Assembly: GCA_903901055.1 (NCBI GenBank)
Contig: CAIUPO010000008.1
Span: forward strand, 4,799 to 68,798
Direction: 5' to 3'
DNA length: 64,000 bases
Source of the DNA: an uncultured Bacteroidota bacterium
Lineage (GTDB): Bacteria > Bacteroidota > Bacteroidia > JABEUT01
Position 1 is the first letter of the stretch. Each line of letters starts with the position of its first letter. The notes beneath the pieces were generated by a model. The model saw only the letters and a program-made list of their open reading frames with translations. It was not told the DNA's origin and did no database searches. The translations under genes were made by a program, and so were the position numbers. Below are positions 1 through 9,399 of this stretch, piece by piece.

Positions 1-56
1 TAACTTTGCATGGTGAAGTTGAATAAATACACTTTGCCAAATATTCAAGACTTGCT

Positions 57-821
57 ATGAATGATAATTTGAAAAAGGCCCTTTTTGATTACCTCCTTTG
101 GATGGGCGACACAACTTTGGTGCTTGGTCACCGTATTTCGGAATGGTGCGGACATGGCCCCATTCTTGAAGAAGATATTGCATTAACTAATATTGCGCTT
201 GATTTACTTGGTGAGGCAAGGTTATACCTTACTTATGCCGGAGAAATAGAAGGCAAAGGCCGTTCAGAAGATGATTTGGCCTATTTGCGTGATGTTATGG
301 ATTACCATAATTCGCTTATTGCAGAACAACCCAATGGAGATTTTGCTTTTACCGTGATGAGGCAGTTTTTATTTACAGTATTCAATTACCATTTACAGGA
401 AGCCTTATTAACCAGTTCTGACGAGAGGATCCGCTCAATAGCTGAAAAGGCAATAAAGGAAGTTACCTACCATTTACGTCATTCTAAAGACTGGGTATTG
501 CGTTTGGGTGACGGTACGGAAGAAAGCCATAATAAGATTCAGGATGCGTTAAATAACATCTGGATGTATGTTGATGACATGTTCCTTACCCTTCCCGGTG
601 ATAAGGTTCTGGTTGATGAGAAGATTGTTCCTGAAATGGCAACTATAAAGAGCAAATGGCTTGAAACGGTAAAGAATATATTGGATGAAGCAACCTTAAA
701 ACTTCCTGCCGATGGATTTATGATGAAAGGTGGCAGGCAAGGTAAGCATGGCGAACATTTAGGTTTTATACTTGCTGAATTGCAGTATTTGCCCAGGGCA
801 TATCCGGGTACGAAGTGGTAA
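57..821 (+). CDS. paaC: 1,2-phenylacetyl-CoA epoxidase subunit C (PaaC)
   Basis: The 254-aa ORF aligns along its full length with E. coli PaaC. Shared motifs include LGDxxLVLxxRxxEWCGHxPxLEEDIALxNIxLDLLG, EQPNGDFA and the C-terminal GKHGEHLGxxLAELQYL. Confidence 0.9.
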   Translation: MNDNLKKALFDYLLWMGDTTLVLGHRISEWCGHGPILEEDIALTNIALDLLGEARLYLTYAGEIEGKGRSEDDLAYLRDVMDYHNSLIAEQPNGDFAFTVMRQFLFTVFNYHLQEALLTSSDERIRSIAEKAIKEVTYHLRHSKDWVLRLGDGTEESHNKIQDALNNIWMYVDDMFLTLPGDKVLVDEKIVPEMATIKSKWLETVKNILDEATLKLPADGFMMKGGRQGKHGEHLGFILAELQYLPRAYPGTKW

Positions 822-876
822 GTAAATAGAAAGTGTAAAGTGAAAGAGGCATCGTTATTGCAATAACGGAAAGTTA

Positions 877-1362
877 ATGAATAGCAAAGAAGAGATATTA
901 GGCTTTTTAGAAGAGGTTCCTGACCCGGAAATTCCGGTTGTGAATGTTCTCGATTTGGGGATTGTAAGGAGTGTTGAAGTTAATGCTGATGGCACGTTAG
1001 TAACCATAACCCCAACTTATACCGGATGCCCTGCTACACATATTATTGAAGACGATATTCGGAGCAAACTAACCGAAAAAGGGGTTGTTAATTTTAATAT
1101 TAAAACGATTTTGTCTCCAGCCTGGACAACTGACTGGATTAGCGAAGAGGGTAGGAGGAAGCTGAAAGAGTACGGCATAGCCCCTCCGGAAGAATCTACT
1201 TCCGATAAAAGCCGGTTAAGTGAAAACCCCAAGGTGGTTCATTGCCCAAGGTGTAAATCTACAAATACGGAAATGGTTAGCTTTTTTGGCTCTACACCTT
1301 GCAAAGCCCTTTACACTTGCAGTGATTGCAAAGAGCCTTTTGATTATTTTAAGTGCCTATAG
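877..1362 (+). CDS. paaD: 1,2-phenylacetyl-CoA epoxidase subunit D (PaaD), DUF59 plus C-terminal zinc ribbon
   Basis: IPDPEIPVxxxxDLGxVR and TPTYxGCPAT match PaaD. The C-terminal CPRCxS...STxCKALYxCxxCxEPFDYFKC matches the PaaD zinc ribbon. The gene lies 55 nt downstream of paaC. Confidence 0.9.
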   Translation: MNSKEEILGFLEEVPDPEIPVVNVLDLGIVRSVEVNADGTLVTITPTYTGCPATHIIEDDIRSKLTEKGVVNFNIKTILSPAWTTDWISEEGRRKLKEYGIAPPEESTSDKSRLSENPKVVHCPRCKSTNTEMVSFFGSTPCKALYTCSDCKEPFDYFKCL

Positions 1363-1471
1363 GGGTTTTAAAAGTACTCTCTTTGGCTTCTAATTCAATT
1401 GTAAATTTCGTTCCGTTATTCACTTCGCTGGTTAAGTTAATTGTTCCTCCAAGCGATTCAACTTGTAGTTT
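1349..1471 (-). other. Displaced C-terminal HATPase_c segment of the upstream histidine kinase (+1 frame), indicating a frameshift
   Basis: ORF 1349..1612 encodes ...KLQVESLGGTINLTSEVNNGTKFTIELEAK. This is colinear with the intact C-terminus KTQVEAMGGKITAKSNINKGTTVTIEFES of the paralog. The frames switch at GTTTAAA (about 1469-1475), which is consistent with one extra T. Confidence 0.7.
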
Positions 1472-3293
1472 AAACCATATACAGCCCAACACCTTTGCCA
1501 TTGATATGCGGATGAAAACGCTTATACAGGCCGAATAATTCTTCGCTTCTTCTGGGGATATCCATACCAAGCCCATTATCCTGAAAGGTAATTTGTATTT
1601 TGCCATCAACAAGTTTACTTTTAATATTAATGTGGGGAGTTAATGTGGCACGGCGGTATTTAATGCTGTTAAGCACCAGATTGTAAAAGATACTTGAAAT
1701 ATAACTTTTTACGGTAAACAATTCATTAATTTCAGAAAAATCGGATTCTATTAAAGCGTTTTCCTTTCTGATAATAGACCCTAAATTTATCTGGGTATCA
1801 AACAAAATACCAGACAATTCTAACATTTGCTTATGTTCATTGTCTTTAGTTCTAACGTCCAATATTTTATTCAAATCCATTACCACATCATCCAGTTTTC
1901 GTGCAGAAATGTGAATTGCCGACATTGCATCCTTCTTCTCTTCACCCTGAAAATTATTCAGGGTAAGGTTATCAACTAACCCGATAATATTAGCAATTGG
2001 CAAACGAAGGTTATGGGATATAATATAAGAAAATTGTTCTAAATCTTTATTACGTTCTAATAAATCGGTGGTTATTTTTTCCTTTTCAATTTCAACTATT
2101 TTTCTTTTCGTTATGTCGCTTAAGTATACAATCATGTGGTTTATTTTACCTGCATTCACTTTAACCGGCAGTAATTGCATTTCATACCACAATACCTTGC
2201 CATCTTTGAGGGTGTAATAGTCTTCCAGTTTAAATTTCTCGCCTTCAAAAACCCGTTTATACATATCAAGGGTTCTCTGTTTTTTATGCTCATCAATAAT
2301 ACCAATCATTTCCTTGCCAATTTCAAGGGTTTGACCTAATTCCTTGCTTAGTCCGTCAAGAGCACCTTTATTAAATGAAACAATCTTTAAATCGCTGTCT
2401 ACAAGAATAAATACGGTGGTGGTGTTATCAAAAACAGTTCGTAAATTAGCTTCCGATTCTCTTAATGCTTCCTCTTCAATTGCACGGTCAGTAATATCCT
2501 GAATAGTACCGATCATTTTTAACGGATTACCCAGCTTATCCTTAATAACCTCTCCACGTTCATGCACTATTCTTTCAATGCCATCAGGCCGTATTATCCT
2601 GTGGTCGAAATTATATAGTCTTTTATACAGAATGGCATCATTAAATTTTTTAATCAATAAATCACGGTCGTCAGGGTGAATAGTTTGTAATAAGTTAGTT
2701 CCATTCGGCTCAACTAATTCAGGGTCTAACCCTAAAATCCTGTATTTTTCCAACGACCAAAATTCATGTTTCCCCAGAAAGGAATCATTACCTGACAACA
2801 GGACTTCCCAACAACCAATGTGAGCGATTTGCTGCGAGGCAAGCAAACGGGCCTCACTTTGTTTCAGCTTCTCTTCTGTAAGTTTTCTGGATGTTACATC
2901 AAAATTAAATCCCATGGCATGAAGTGGCTCTCCATTATCATCTTTGTCAATTACCAATTCAGTTTCAAGATACCGGACCTGCTTTGTTGCATGATTAATA
3001 ATCCTGTGGTTAATCTTTTGGCTCGAAAGATTGTTGGTTCTAACTTCTTCTACAGCTTTCTTTACATATTCTAGATCATCCGGATGAACTTGTTTCAGCA
3101 TACTTTCAAATAAAGGAGGAACCTCACCCGGATTATAACCAATCATCCTGAAAGTTTCATCAGACCATTTCCCTTCTCCTGTTTTTAAATCCATTTGCCA
3201 GCTTCCTATATGGGCAAGCCTTTCCGTTACTTTTAACATAGCCTCATCGGGTGTAAGGTCTTTATTGTGAAAGATTTTCAGAGATTCTTCCAT
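1470..3293 (-). CDS. PAS/PAC-domain sensor histidine kinase with a frameshifted C-terminus. The reading frame continues in ORF 1349..1612.
   Basis: It has several PAS/PAC repeats, a HisKA motif (FSYIISHNLRLP) and a HATPase_c domain (N box and G boxes, GKGVGLYMV). It is about 70% similar to the downstream kinase across the PAS3-HisKA region. The ORF stops inside the ATPase domain. Confidence 0.8.
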   Translation of the reverse strand: MEESLKIFHNKDLTPDEAMLKVTERLAHIGSWQMDLKTGEGKWSDETFRMIGYNPGEVPPLFESMLKQVHPDDLEYVKKAVEEVRTNNLSSQKINHRIINHATKQVRYLETELVIDKDDNGEPLHAMGFNFDVTSRKLTEEKLKQSEARLLASQQIAHIGCWEVLLSGNDSFLGKHEFWSLEKYRILGLDPELVEPNGTNLLQTIHPDDRDLLIKKFNDAILYKRLYNFDHRIIRPDGIERIVHERGEVIKDKLGNPLKMIGTIQDITDRAIEEEALRESEANLRTVFDNTTTVFILVDSDLKIVSFNKGALDGLSKELGQTLEIGKEMIGIIDEHKKQRTLDMYKRVFEGEKFKLEDYYTLKDGKVLWYEMQLLPVKVNAGKINHMIVYLSDITKRKIVEIEKEKITTDLLERNKDLEQFSYIISHNLRLPIANIIGLVDNLTLNNFQGEEKKDAMSAIHISARKLDDVVMDLNKILDVRTKDNEHKQMLELSGILFDTQINLGSIIRKENALIESDFSEINELFTVKSYISSIFYNLVLNSIKYRRATLTPHINIKSKLVDGKIQITFQDNGLGMDIPRRSEELFGLYKRFHPHINGKGVGLYMV

Positions 3294-3460
3294 TATTATT
3301 TTATTAAAGTATTATTATTATTTACCTATATAAGTTTATGTAAAATACCTTATTATTAAATCATATTGTGTTATATAATTCTTAAAAATTACTGCATAAT
3401 TCACACATTTTGATTTCGGAAATTTGCAGCAAATTAATAAGGCTCAGCCAATAAACATAC

Positions 3461-3517
3461 GGGAGAAAGCCCCTTTCTTATATGGGAGTTTTACGGTACA
3501 AGAAAGGGTTTTCTCCC
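3461..3517 (-). terminator. Inverted repeat (GGGAGAAAGCCCCTTTCTT ... AAGAAAGGGTTTTCTCCC) downstream of the hybrid kinase gene. Putative terminator.
   Basis: The arms are 18-19 nt with a loop of about 20 nt, in the intergenic region 3' of the minus-strand gene that ends at 3572. The flanking sequence is U-rich on the minus-strand RNA. Confidence 0.35.
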
Positions 3518-3571
3518 CTTAAATTTAAGTAATGTGGTGGACAAAAGGATATTTAGTATAGTGCAAATATC

Positions 3572-5848
3572 TTATGATTCAAATTCAATGGTAACTGTTG
3601 TACCCTTGTTAATGTTGCTTTTAGCTGTTATCTTGCCACCCATGGCTTCAACCTGGGTTTTTACAATAAACAAACCTGCACCTTTACCATTAGTTTTAGG
3701 ATGGAAACGTTTGTATAACCCGAATAAATCTTTGCCATTTTTGTCCAGATCAATACCAAGTCCGTTATCACTAAATGATAGTTGAGATTTATTTCCAATC
3801 TTTTTACTTTCGATTATGATATGAGGTGTTAAAGAAGGCTGACGGAATTTTATGCTATTTGAAATAAGGTTGTAAAAAATACTCGACATAAAACTTTTAA
3901 CCGCGAACAATTCATCAATTTCAGAAAAATCAGCATCAATTATTGCATTGTCTTTTTTTATTGCAAAACCCAGCTTTACCTTCGAATCGAAAAGAATATC
4001 CCATAATTTAACTTGCTGTTTACTTTCCATTTCCTTCGTTCTTAAGTCGAGGATTTTATTCAGGTCAATAACTACATCATCTAAGGCCCGCACAGAAACG
4101 TACAAAGCAGAAATTACATCACCAAGTTCCTCTTTCGGAAGCTGGGCAATGTTGAAATTCTCGATTAACCCCATAATGTTGGCAACAGGCAAACGCAGGT
4201 TGTGAGAAACAATATAAGAGAACTGTTCCAGGTCTTTATTACGCTGAATAAGGTCGGCTGTTATTTTTTCTCGTTCAATTTCTGCCAACTTCCTTTCTGT
4301 TATATCCCTTAAATAAAATAGCATATTTAATACTTGGTTATTCTCGCCATAAACAGGCAGAAGCTGCATATAATACCAGTAAATTGAACCATTTTTTAAT
4401 AGTATGCTATCCTCCAGCTTAAATTGCTCCCCCTCAAAAACCCTTTTATACATGCCTATTGCCCTGGATTTCCTATCTTCCATAATGTAGTCAAGAATAT
4501 TGCTGCCCATTAGCAAGTTTTTACCTGCAAGTTTTTCAAAACTATCAACTGCAGCCTTATTAAATAAAGCCACTTCTAATTCTTTATTTACAAGTATAAA
4601 ACTGGTAGTTGTATTATCAAAAATAGTGCGCAAATTGGCCTCCGATTTTCGAAAAACTTCCTCTTCCTCCTTTCTTGCTGTAATATCTTGTGTAGTACCA
4701 ATTATTTTTAAAACCTTGTTGGTTTTTTTGTCCGTAATAAGTTCTCCACGGGTGTGTACAATTTTTTTTGTTTTATTGGGAAGTATAACCCTGTAATCCA
4801 AATTGAACAATTTTACTTTTTCAATGGACTCCATAAATCTTTCCATTAGCAGTTGCCGGTCTTGCGGATGAACCAATTCCATAAATTCGGGCCATTGTAG
4901 GGGTTTAGTTATTGAATCTAATCCGAAAATCTTGTAAAGTTCATCCGACCAATAGGTGGGATTTCCAGCCTCATTCATGCCATCGGTAAAATCAATTTCC
5001 CAACTACCAATGCCTGCAAGTTTTTGAGAGGCGAGAAGGTGCCTTTTTTTTAGTATAATTTTCTCTTGTGCTAGTTTTTCAGCTGTAATATCATGATGGA
5101 AACCTGATACTTTAATTGGGTTCCCATTTTCATTATGCTCATACATCACCACAGTTTGCATGTACTTTATCTCGTGTGTTTTATCGTCAATTATCCGGGC
5201 TTCAAATTTTCTTGAATGGGGTTCAAATTGTTTAGCATCCTGAATGTTTTTTTTAACCCTTTCAAGGTCATCCGGGTGAACGCACTTTAAAAAGTTTTGT
5301 AATCCGGGTTCAATTTCGCCCGGTGTATAACCAAGCATACGGAAAGTTTCATTTGACCAGTTGGCTTTGCCTTTTATAAAATCAAATTGCCAGCCACCCA
5401 CATGGGCAAATGTTTCTGTTTGTTGTAAAAGCTGCTCCCTTTTCTTATGCGTTAATTTATTGCGGTCACTCCGTGACCGATAAAGCGCATTTGTCAATAA
5501 TATAGGCAAGTGCTGCAGGTGGTCTTTTAGCAGGTAATCATAACCACCTTCCTTTATCACCTCTAATGCTAAATCTTCCGACTTATTATTGGTTAGGATG
5601 ATAAAGGGTCGTTTTGTAGCATGGGCTTTTACGATAGCTAATGCTTCCTTAGCATCGAGGGAGGGCAGACAGTATTCTGAAATTATAATATCAGGCTTGA
5701 AATTAATAAGGTTCAATTTGAAATCCTCCTTATTAGAAACTACTTTTAAATTGAATTTTATTGTACTTTTTTGTAATTCATTCTCTATTAATTGGATATC
5801 TAATGGATTATCTTCGAGCAATAGAATTTTAGTTGTTTGATTTTGCAT
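3572..5848 (-). CDS. Hybrid response-regulator / PAS sensor histidine kinase (N-terminal REC, PAS/PAC repeats, HisKA, HATPase_c)
   Basis: The N-terminus is a REC domain (ILLLEDNPLD...D-box, K). Then come PAS/PAC repeats, HisKA (FSYIVSHNLRLPVAN) and a complete HATPase_c ending TVTIEFES. It is a paralog of the adjacent kinase. Confidence 0.85.
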   Translation of the reverse strand: MQNQTTKILLLEDNPLDIQLIENELQKSTIKFNLKVVSNKEDFKLNLINFKPDIIISEYCLPSLDAKEALAIVKAHATKRPFIILTNNKSEDLALEVIKEGGYDYLLKDHLQHLPILLTNALYRSRSDRNKLTHKKREQLLQQTETFAHVGGWQFDFIKGKANWSNETFRMLGYTPGEIEPGLQNFLKCVHPDDLERVKKNIQDAKQFEPHSRKFEARIIDDKTHEIKYMQTVVMYEHNENGNPIKVSGFHHDITAEKLAQEKIILKKRHLLASQKLAGIGSWEIDFTDGMNEAGNPTYWSDELYKIFGLDSITKPLQWPEFMELVHPQDRQLLMERFMESIEKVKLFNLDYRVILPNKTKKIVHTRGELITDKKTNKVLKIIGTTQDITARKEEEEVFRKSEANLRTIFDNTTTSFILVNKELEVALFNKAAVDSFEKLAGKNLLMGSNILDYIMEDRKSRAIGMYKRVFEGEQFKLEDSILLKNGSIYWYYMQLLPVYGENNQVLNMLFYLRDITERKLAEIEREKITADLIQRNKDLEQFSYIVSHNLRLPVANIMGLIENFNIAQLPKEELGDVISALYVSVRALDDVVIDLNKILDLRTKEMESKQQVKLWDILFDSKVKLGFAIKKDNAIIDADFSEIDELFAVKSFMSSIFYNLISNSIKFRQPSLTPHIIIESKKIGNKSQLSFSDNGLGIDLDKNGKDLFGLYKRFHPKTNGKGAGLFIVKTQVEAMGGKITAKSNINKGTTVTIEFES

Positions 5849-6170
5849 TTTGCGATTGATAGATGTTCATTTTATACATATAGTATTATGTTTGTTAGAG
5901 TTAATTATCTTATTTAATCTTTAAATTACACAGTGCAAAGGGAATACGATTAAAGCTGCATTTCCATGATTCACATCAACTTAATATGTGAGTATTGTCA
6001 TGTTTTTCAGCACAGGTTCTTGAATCCCTTTATTAGATTCGTTTATAAGGAATTATATTAAATAAATAATACTATTTAGATATTCATTTTTTATTTAAAA
6101 ATCTACTGAAAAAATGATCTGGATCAGCATTTTAATAGTATTTAATTTTAAACCTTTATCTTTGAGAATT

Positions 6171-6944
6171 ATGAGTAACATACTTTTTTCAATAAATAAC
6201 GGTGTAGGCAAAATTGTGCTTAACCGCCCTGATGTACTGAATAGTTTCAATCTGGCTATGGCTAAAGAAATGCAGGCAGCCCTTGATGATTGTGCTGCAA
6301 GCCCTAATGTGCGAAGCGTATTGATAACAGGGGAGGGGAGGGCCTTTTCGGCTGGGCAAGATTTGGCAGCAGCTAATGAACCGGGAGTTGAAATACTTGA
6401 GATTGTTAAAGAGCAATACAATCCAATTATTCTAAAACTAAGACAACTGGAAAAGCCTGTTGTTTGTGCAGTTAACGGCGTTGCTGCCGGCGCTGGCGCC
6501 AATATTGCATTTGCCTGTGATATTGTTTTGGCGGCTTCATCGGCCAGTTTTATACAAGCATTCAGTAAAATAGGATTGATACCGGATAGCGGAGGAACAT
6601 TCTTTTTACCTCGATTGATTGGCCTGCAACGCGCAACTGCATTAATGATGCTGGGTGATAGAGTTACAGCCCAGCAAGCTATGGAGTATGGAATGATTTA
6701 TAAAGTGCATCCGGATGAAAGCCTGATGGCAGAAGCTGAGAAAATGGCTTTGCAACTGGCATCTATGCCTACGAAAGGCTTAGGTTATACTAAAAGATTA
6801 CTGAATGCATCGCTATCGCATAATTTGAATGAACAACTGCTAATGGAAGGTGAAATGCAGGCGGCAGCTGCTAAAACTTATGACCACAAAGAAGGTGTGA
6901 ACGCCTTTCTGGAAAAAAGAAAACCTGTTTTTAAAGGTGAGTAA
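6171..6944 (+). CDS. paaG: Enoyl-CoA hydratase/isomerase of the PaaG type (1,2-epoxyphenylacetyl-CoA isomerase)
   Basis: This is a crotonase fold with close colinearity to E. coli PaaG (NRPxxLNSFN, FSAGQDL, KPVxCAVNGVAAGAGA, KEGVxAFLxKRxPxF). The ORF opens at 6114, but the start was set at the internal ATG at 6171 (MSNILFS). Confidence 0.8.
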   Translation: MSNILFSINNGVGKIVLNRPDVLNSFNLAMAKEMQAALDDCAASPNVRSVLITGEGRAFSAGQDLAAANEPGVEILEIVKEQYNPIILKLRQLEKPVVCAVNGVAAGAGANIAFACDIVLAASSASFIQAFSKIGLIPDSGGTFFLPRLIGLQRATALMMLGDRVTAQQAMEYGMIYKVHPDESLMAEAEKMALQLASMPTKGLGYTKRLLNASLSHNLNEQLLMEGEMQAAAAKTYDHKEGVNAFLEKRKPVFKGE

Positions 6945-6972
6945 ACAAGGTAGAACTAAGATAAAGTAAACT

Positions 6973-7368
6973 ATGAAGTGCAGAATAGTAGTTATTATCT
7001 TAATATTTTTTGCTTCTGATTTTTTTGTCTCCTGCGGAGGCGTAATTATGCCCGACGTAGATGAAAGCCGCCAGTATGTGCAAGCTCATCCCGATTGTAT
7101 TTTGGGTTTGTATAGTAATTATTATACAGATGGAATTGTAAATACTCTTCAATTAAATTCCGACAGTACGTACGTGCATAAGTATAAAAAGGGCGATAAT
7201 TGGGTTTTAAGCAAAGGTGAATGGGGCATCACCGGATATGATCACAGTGGATTTGTTAAGATTGAATTGAGAGATTGGGGAAGTTCTGTTAGTGAGGGAG
7301 GTGAAGAGGGAATAGGTGCTTTTGGAACAATAATATTGGACTGTAATGAGATTGATATAAATGACTAG
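6973..7368 (+). CDS. Hypothetical small lipoprotein
   Basis: It has a signal peptide with a lipobox-like FVSC. I found no recognisable domain. Confidence 0.4.
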   Translation: MKCRIVVIILIFFASDFFVSCGGVIMPDVDESRQYVQAHPDCILGLYSNYYTDGIVNTLQLNSDSTYVHKYKKGDNWVLSKGEWGITGYDHSGFVKIELRDWGSSVSEGGEEGIGAFGTIILDCNEIDIND

Positions 7369-7521
7369 GAACGAAAGAAAAATTTCTTCAAAAGTAAACC
7401 GGGCGAATTTTAATATTGCGGGAGAACCTTGTTTTATGTGATATTAAAAAGAGAAGGTAAACAAGAATTATAACTACAAGTCAAATGTAATATCTTTGCC
7501 GCATTAAAGATAAAAGATAAC

Positions 7522-9399
7522 GTGTGCGGAATTTGTGGAATTATAGGGTTAAAGGATAAAGAGATTGCTGAAAAAAGCATCTCCCTTATGAATGCTGCCA
7601 TTGCACACAGGGGGCCGGATGATGAAGGCTCATTTATTGATAATGGAATTGGTCTTGGGCATCGTCGGCTCTCTATTATTGACCTTTCGGCTAATGGCCA
7701 TGAGCCTATGTTTTCCAATGATGGAAGGTTTGCTTTAGTTTATAACGGCGAACTCTATAATTTTAAAACGCTCCGCCTTGAACTTCAGCGGTCGAAGGTG
7801 GGCGATACTGAACCTGCTTATTCTTTCCGCACACAAAGCGATGCGGAGGTTATCATTGCGGCGTATCAGCGCTGGGGGGCTGAATGCCTGAAGTATTTTA
7901 ACGGCATGTATGCTTTCGCTATTTGGGATAAGCAAGAAGAAGAATTATTTATTGCTAGGGACAGATTAGGTATTAAGCCACTCTATTACTGGCAAGGCGA
8001 CGATAAAATTGTTTTTGCATCGGAAATAAGGGCATTACTTAAAAGTAACCTTGTACCACGAAAGCTTGATAAAAGCGCGCTTTGCGATTATATTACTTTC
8101 CAAACAGTGCATGCGCCTGCAACAATAGTTGAGGATGTTGAAATGCTGTTACCGGGCCATTATCTGCTAATTAAAAGGAGTGAAGCAAATGTTCCGGTCA
8201 AACAACAAAAATATTGGGCTTTGCAGGATATTGCTTTGCAATCGCCTGTTAAGCCATACGAGCAAATTTGTAAAGATGTAAAAGAGTTGTTTTTTGCATC
8301 GGTAGAGCGCAGGCTGGTTTCAGATGTTCCTTTCGGAGCATTTTTGTCCGGTGGAATAGATTCAAGTTTGGTTGTGGCCGCTATGTCGCAACTAATGCGG
8401 GAAAAGGTTAGGACTTTTTCGGTAAGCTTTGAAGAGTCGGAATTCAGTGAAGCTCCTTATGCAGCGCAAGTAGCCAAGCAATACAATGCAGAACATCATG
8501 AAATAAAATTGTCGCTGAAGTTGTTTCTTGAAAAACTACCCGAAGCCATGAGCGCGCTGGACCATCCAAGCGGCGACGGAATGAACAGTTACATAGTTTC
8601 GGAAGCAACTAAAAATGCCGGAATTACTATGGCTTTATCGGGGCTTGGCAGTGATGAATTATTTGCAGGATATCCATTATTCAAGCGATTATATAAGTTA
8701 GAGAAATGGAAATGGGTATCGGGATTTCCCTTTATCTCATTACCATTTTATGCAATGAATTTAGTGAAGCATTCCGCAACTTCGGCCAAGTTATTGGAAA
8801 TGGCAAAACTGCCCAATTGGGAACTGAAGAATACGTATCCGTTAACCCGTAGGAATATGATGGTTAATGAAGCAATGCAGTTGTTAACGCCGGGTGCATC
8901 ATTTGATAAAGTTTTAAATATCAATCCTAAACACGGCATTTTATCTAAAATAACTGTTGCTGAACTTAGTAATTACCTACCTGATATTTTATTGAGAGAT
9001 ACAGACCAAATGAGTATGGCCCATGCTTTGGAGGTGAGGGTGCCATTTTTAGATTACACCCTGGTAGAATATATCATTGGCTTACCCGATAATGTTAAAT
9101 ATCCGCATACAACAAAGAAATTGCTTACTGATTCAATGAAAGGGTTGTTGCCCGAGAACATTATCAACCGCAAAAAAATGGGATTCACATTTCCATGGAG
9201 TGTATGGATGAGGAATGATTTGAAGCCCTTTTGTGAAAGCAATATATATAGTCTTTCGGAACGTGAATATTTCAATAAAAATAATTTGCAATCTTTGTGG
9301 CAACGTTTTTTACAAGGAAATCCCCGAACTCCGTGGTATAAGTTATGGCATTTGGTGGCGCTTGAGAATTGGATAAAAGAGAATAAGATAGATGCCTAA
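7522..9399 (+). CDS. asnB: Asparagine synthetase B-type glutamine amidotransferase
   Basis: The N-terminal MCGICG marks a class II glutamine amidotransferase Cys. SGGIDSS is the PP-loop of the synthetase domain. The gene is 625 aa. Confidence 0.85.
   Translation: MCGICGIIGLKDKEIAEKSISLMNAAIAHRGPDDEGSFIDNGIGLGHRRLSIIDLSANGHEPMFSNDGRFALVYNGELYNFKTLRLELQRSKVGDTEPAYSFRTQSDAEVIIAAYQRWGAECLKYFNGMYAFAIWDKQEEELFIARDRLGIKPLYYWQGDDKIVFASEIRALLKSNLVPRKLDKSALCDYITFQTVHAPATIVEDVEMLLPGHYLLIKRSEANVPVKQQKYWALQDIALQSPVKPYEQICKDVKELFFASVERRLVSDVPFGAFLSGGIDSSLVVAAMSQLMREKVRTFSVSFEESEFSEAPYAAQVAKQYNAEHHEIKLSLKLFLEKLPEAMSALDHPSGDGMNSYIVSEATKNAGITMALSGLGSDELFAGYPLFKRLYKLEKWKWVSGFPFISLPFYAMNLVKHSATSAKLLEMAKLPNWELKNTYPLTRRNMMVNEAMQLLTPGASFDKVLNINPKHGILSKITVAELSNYLPDILLRDTDQMSMAHALEVRVPFLDYTLVEYIIGLPDNVKYPHTTKKLLTDSMKGLLPENIINRKKMGFTFPWSVWMRNDLKPFCESNIYSLSEREYFNKNNLQSLWQRFLQGNPRTPWYKLWHLVALENWIKENKIDA

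Noticed and set aside
1017-1232. 71-aa minus-strand ORF
   Set aside because: It is antisense inside paaD.
2820-5840. Several 80-100-aa plus-strand ORFs (2820..3074, 3534..3785, 3948..4205, 4500..4796, 5589..5840)
   Set aside because: All are antisense within or overlapping the two histidine kinase genes. Their composition is low-complexity and Leu/Ser/Phe-rich, typical of non-coding frames in AT-rich DNA.
6095-6502. 135-aa and 75-aa minus-strand ORFs
   Set aside because: They are fully antisense to paaG, which has strong homology support. They have no homology or signal of their own.
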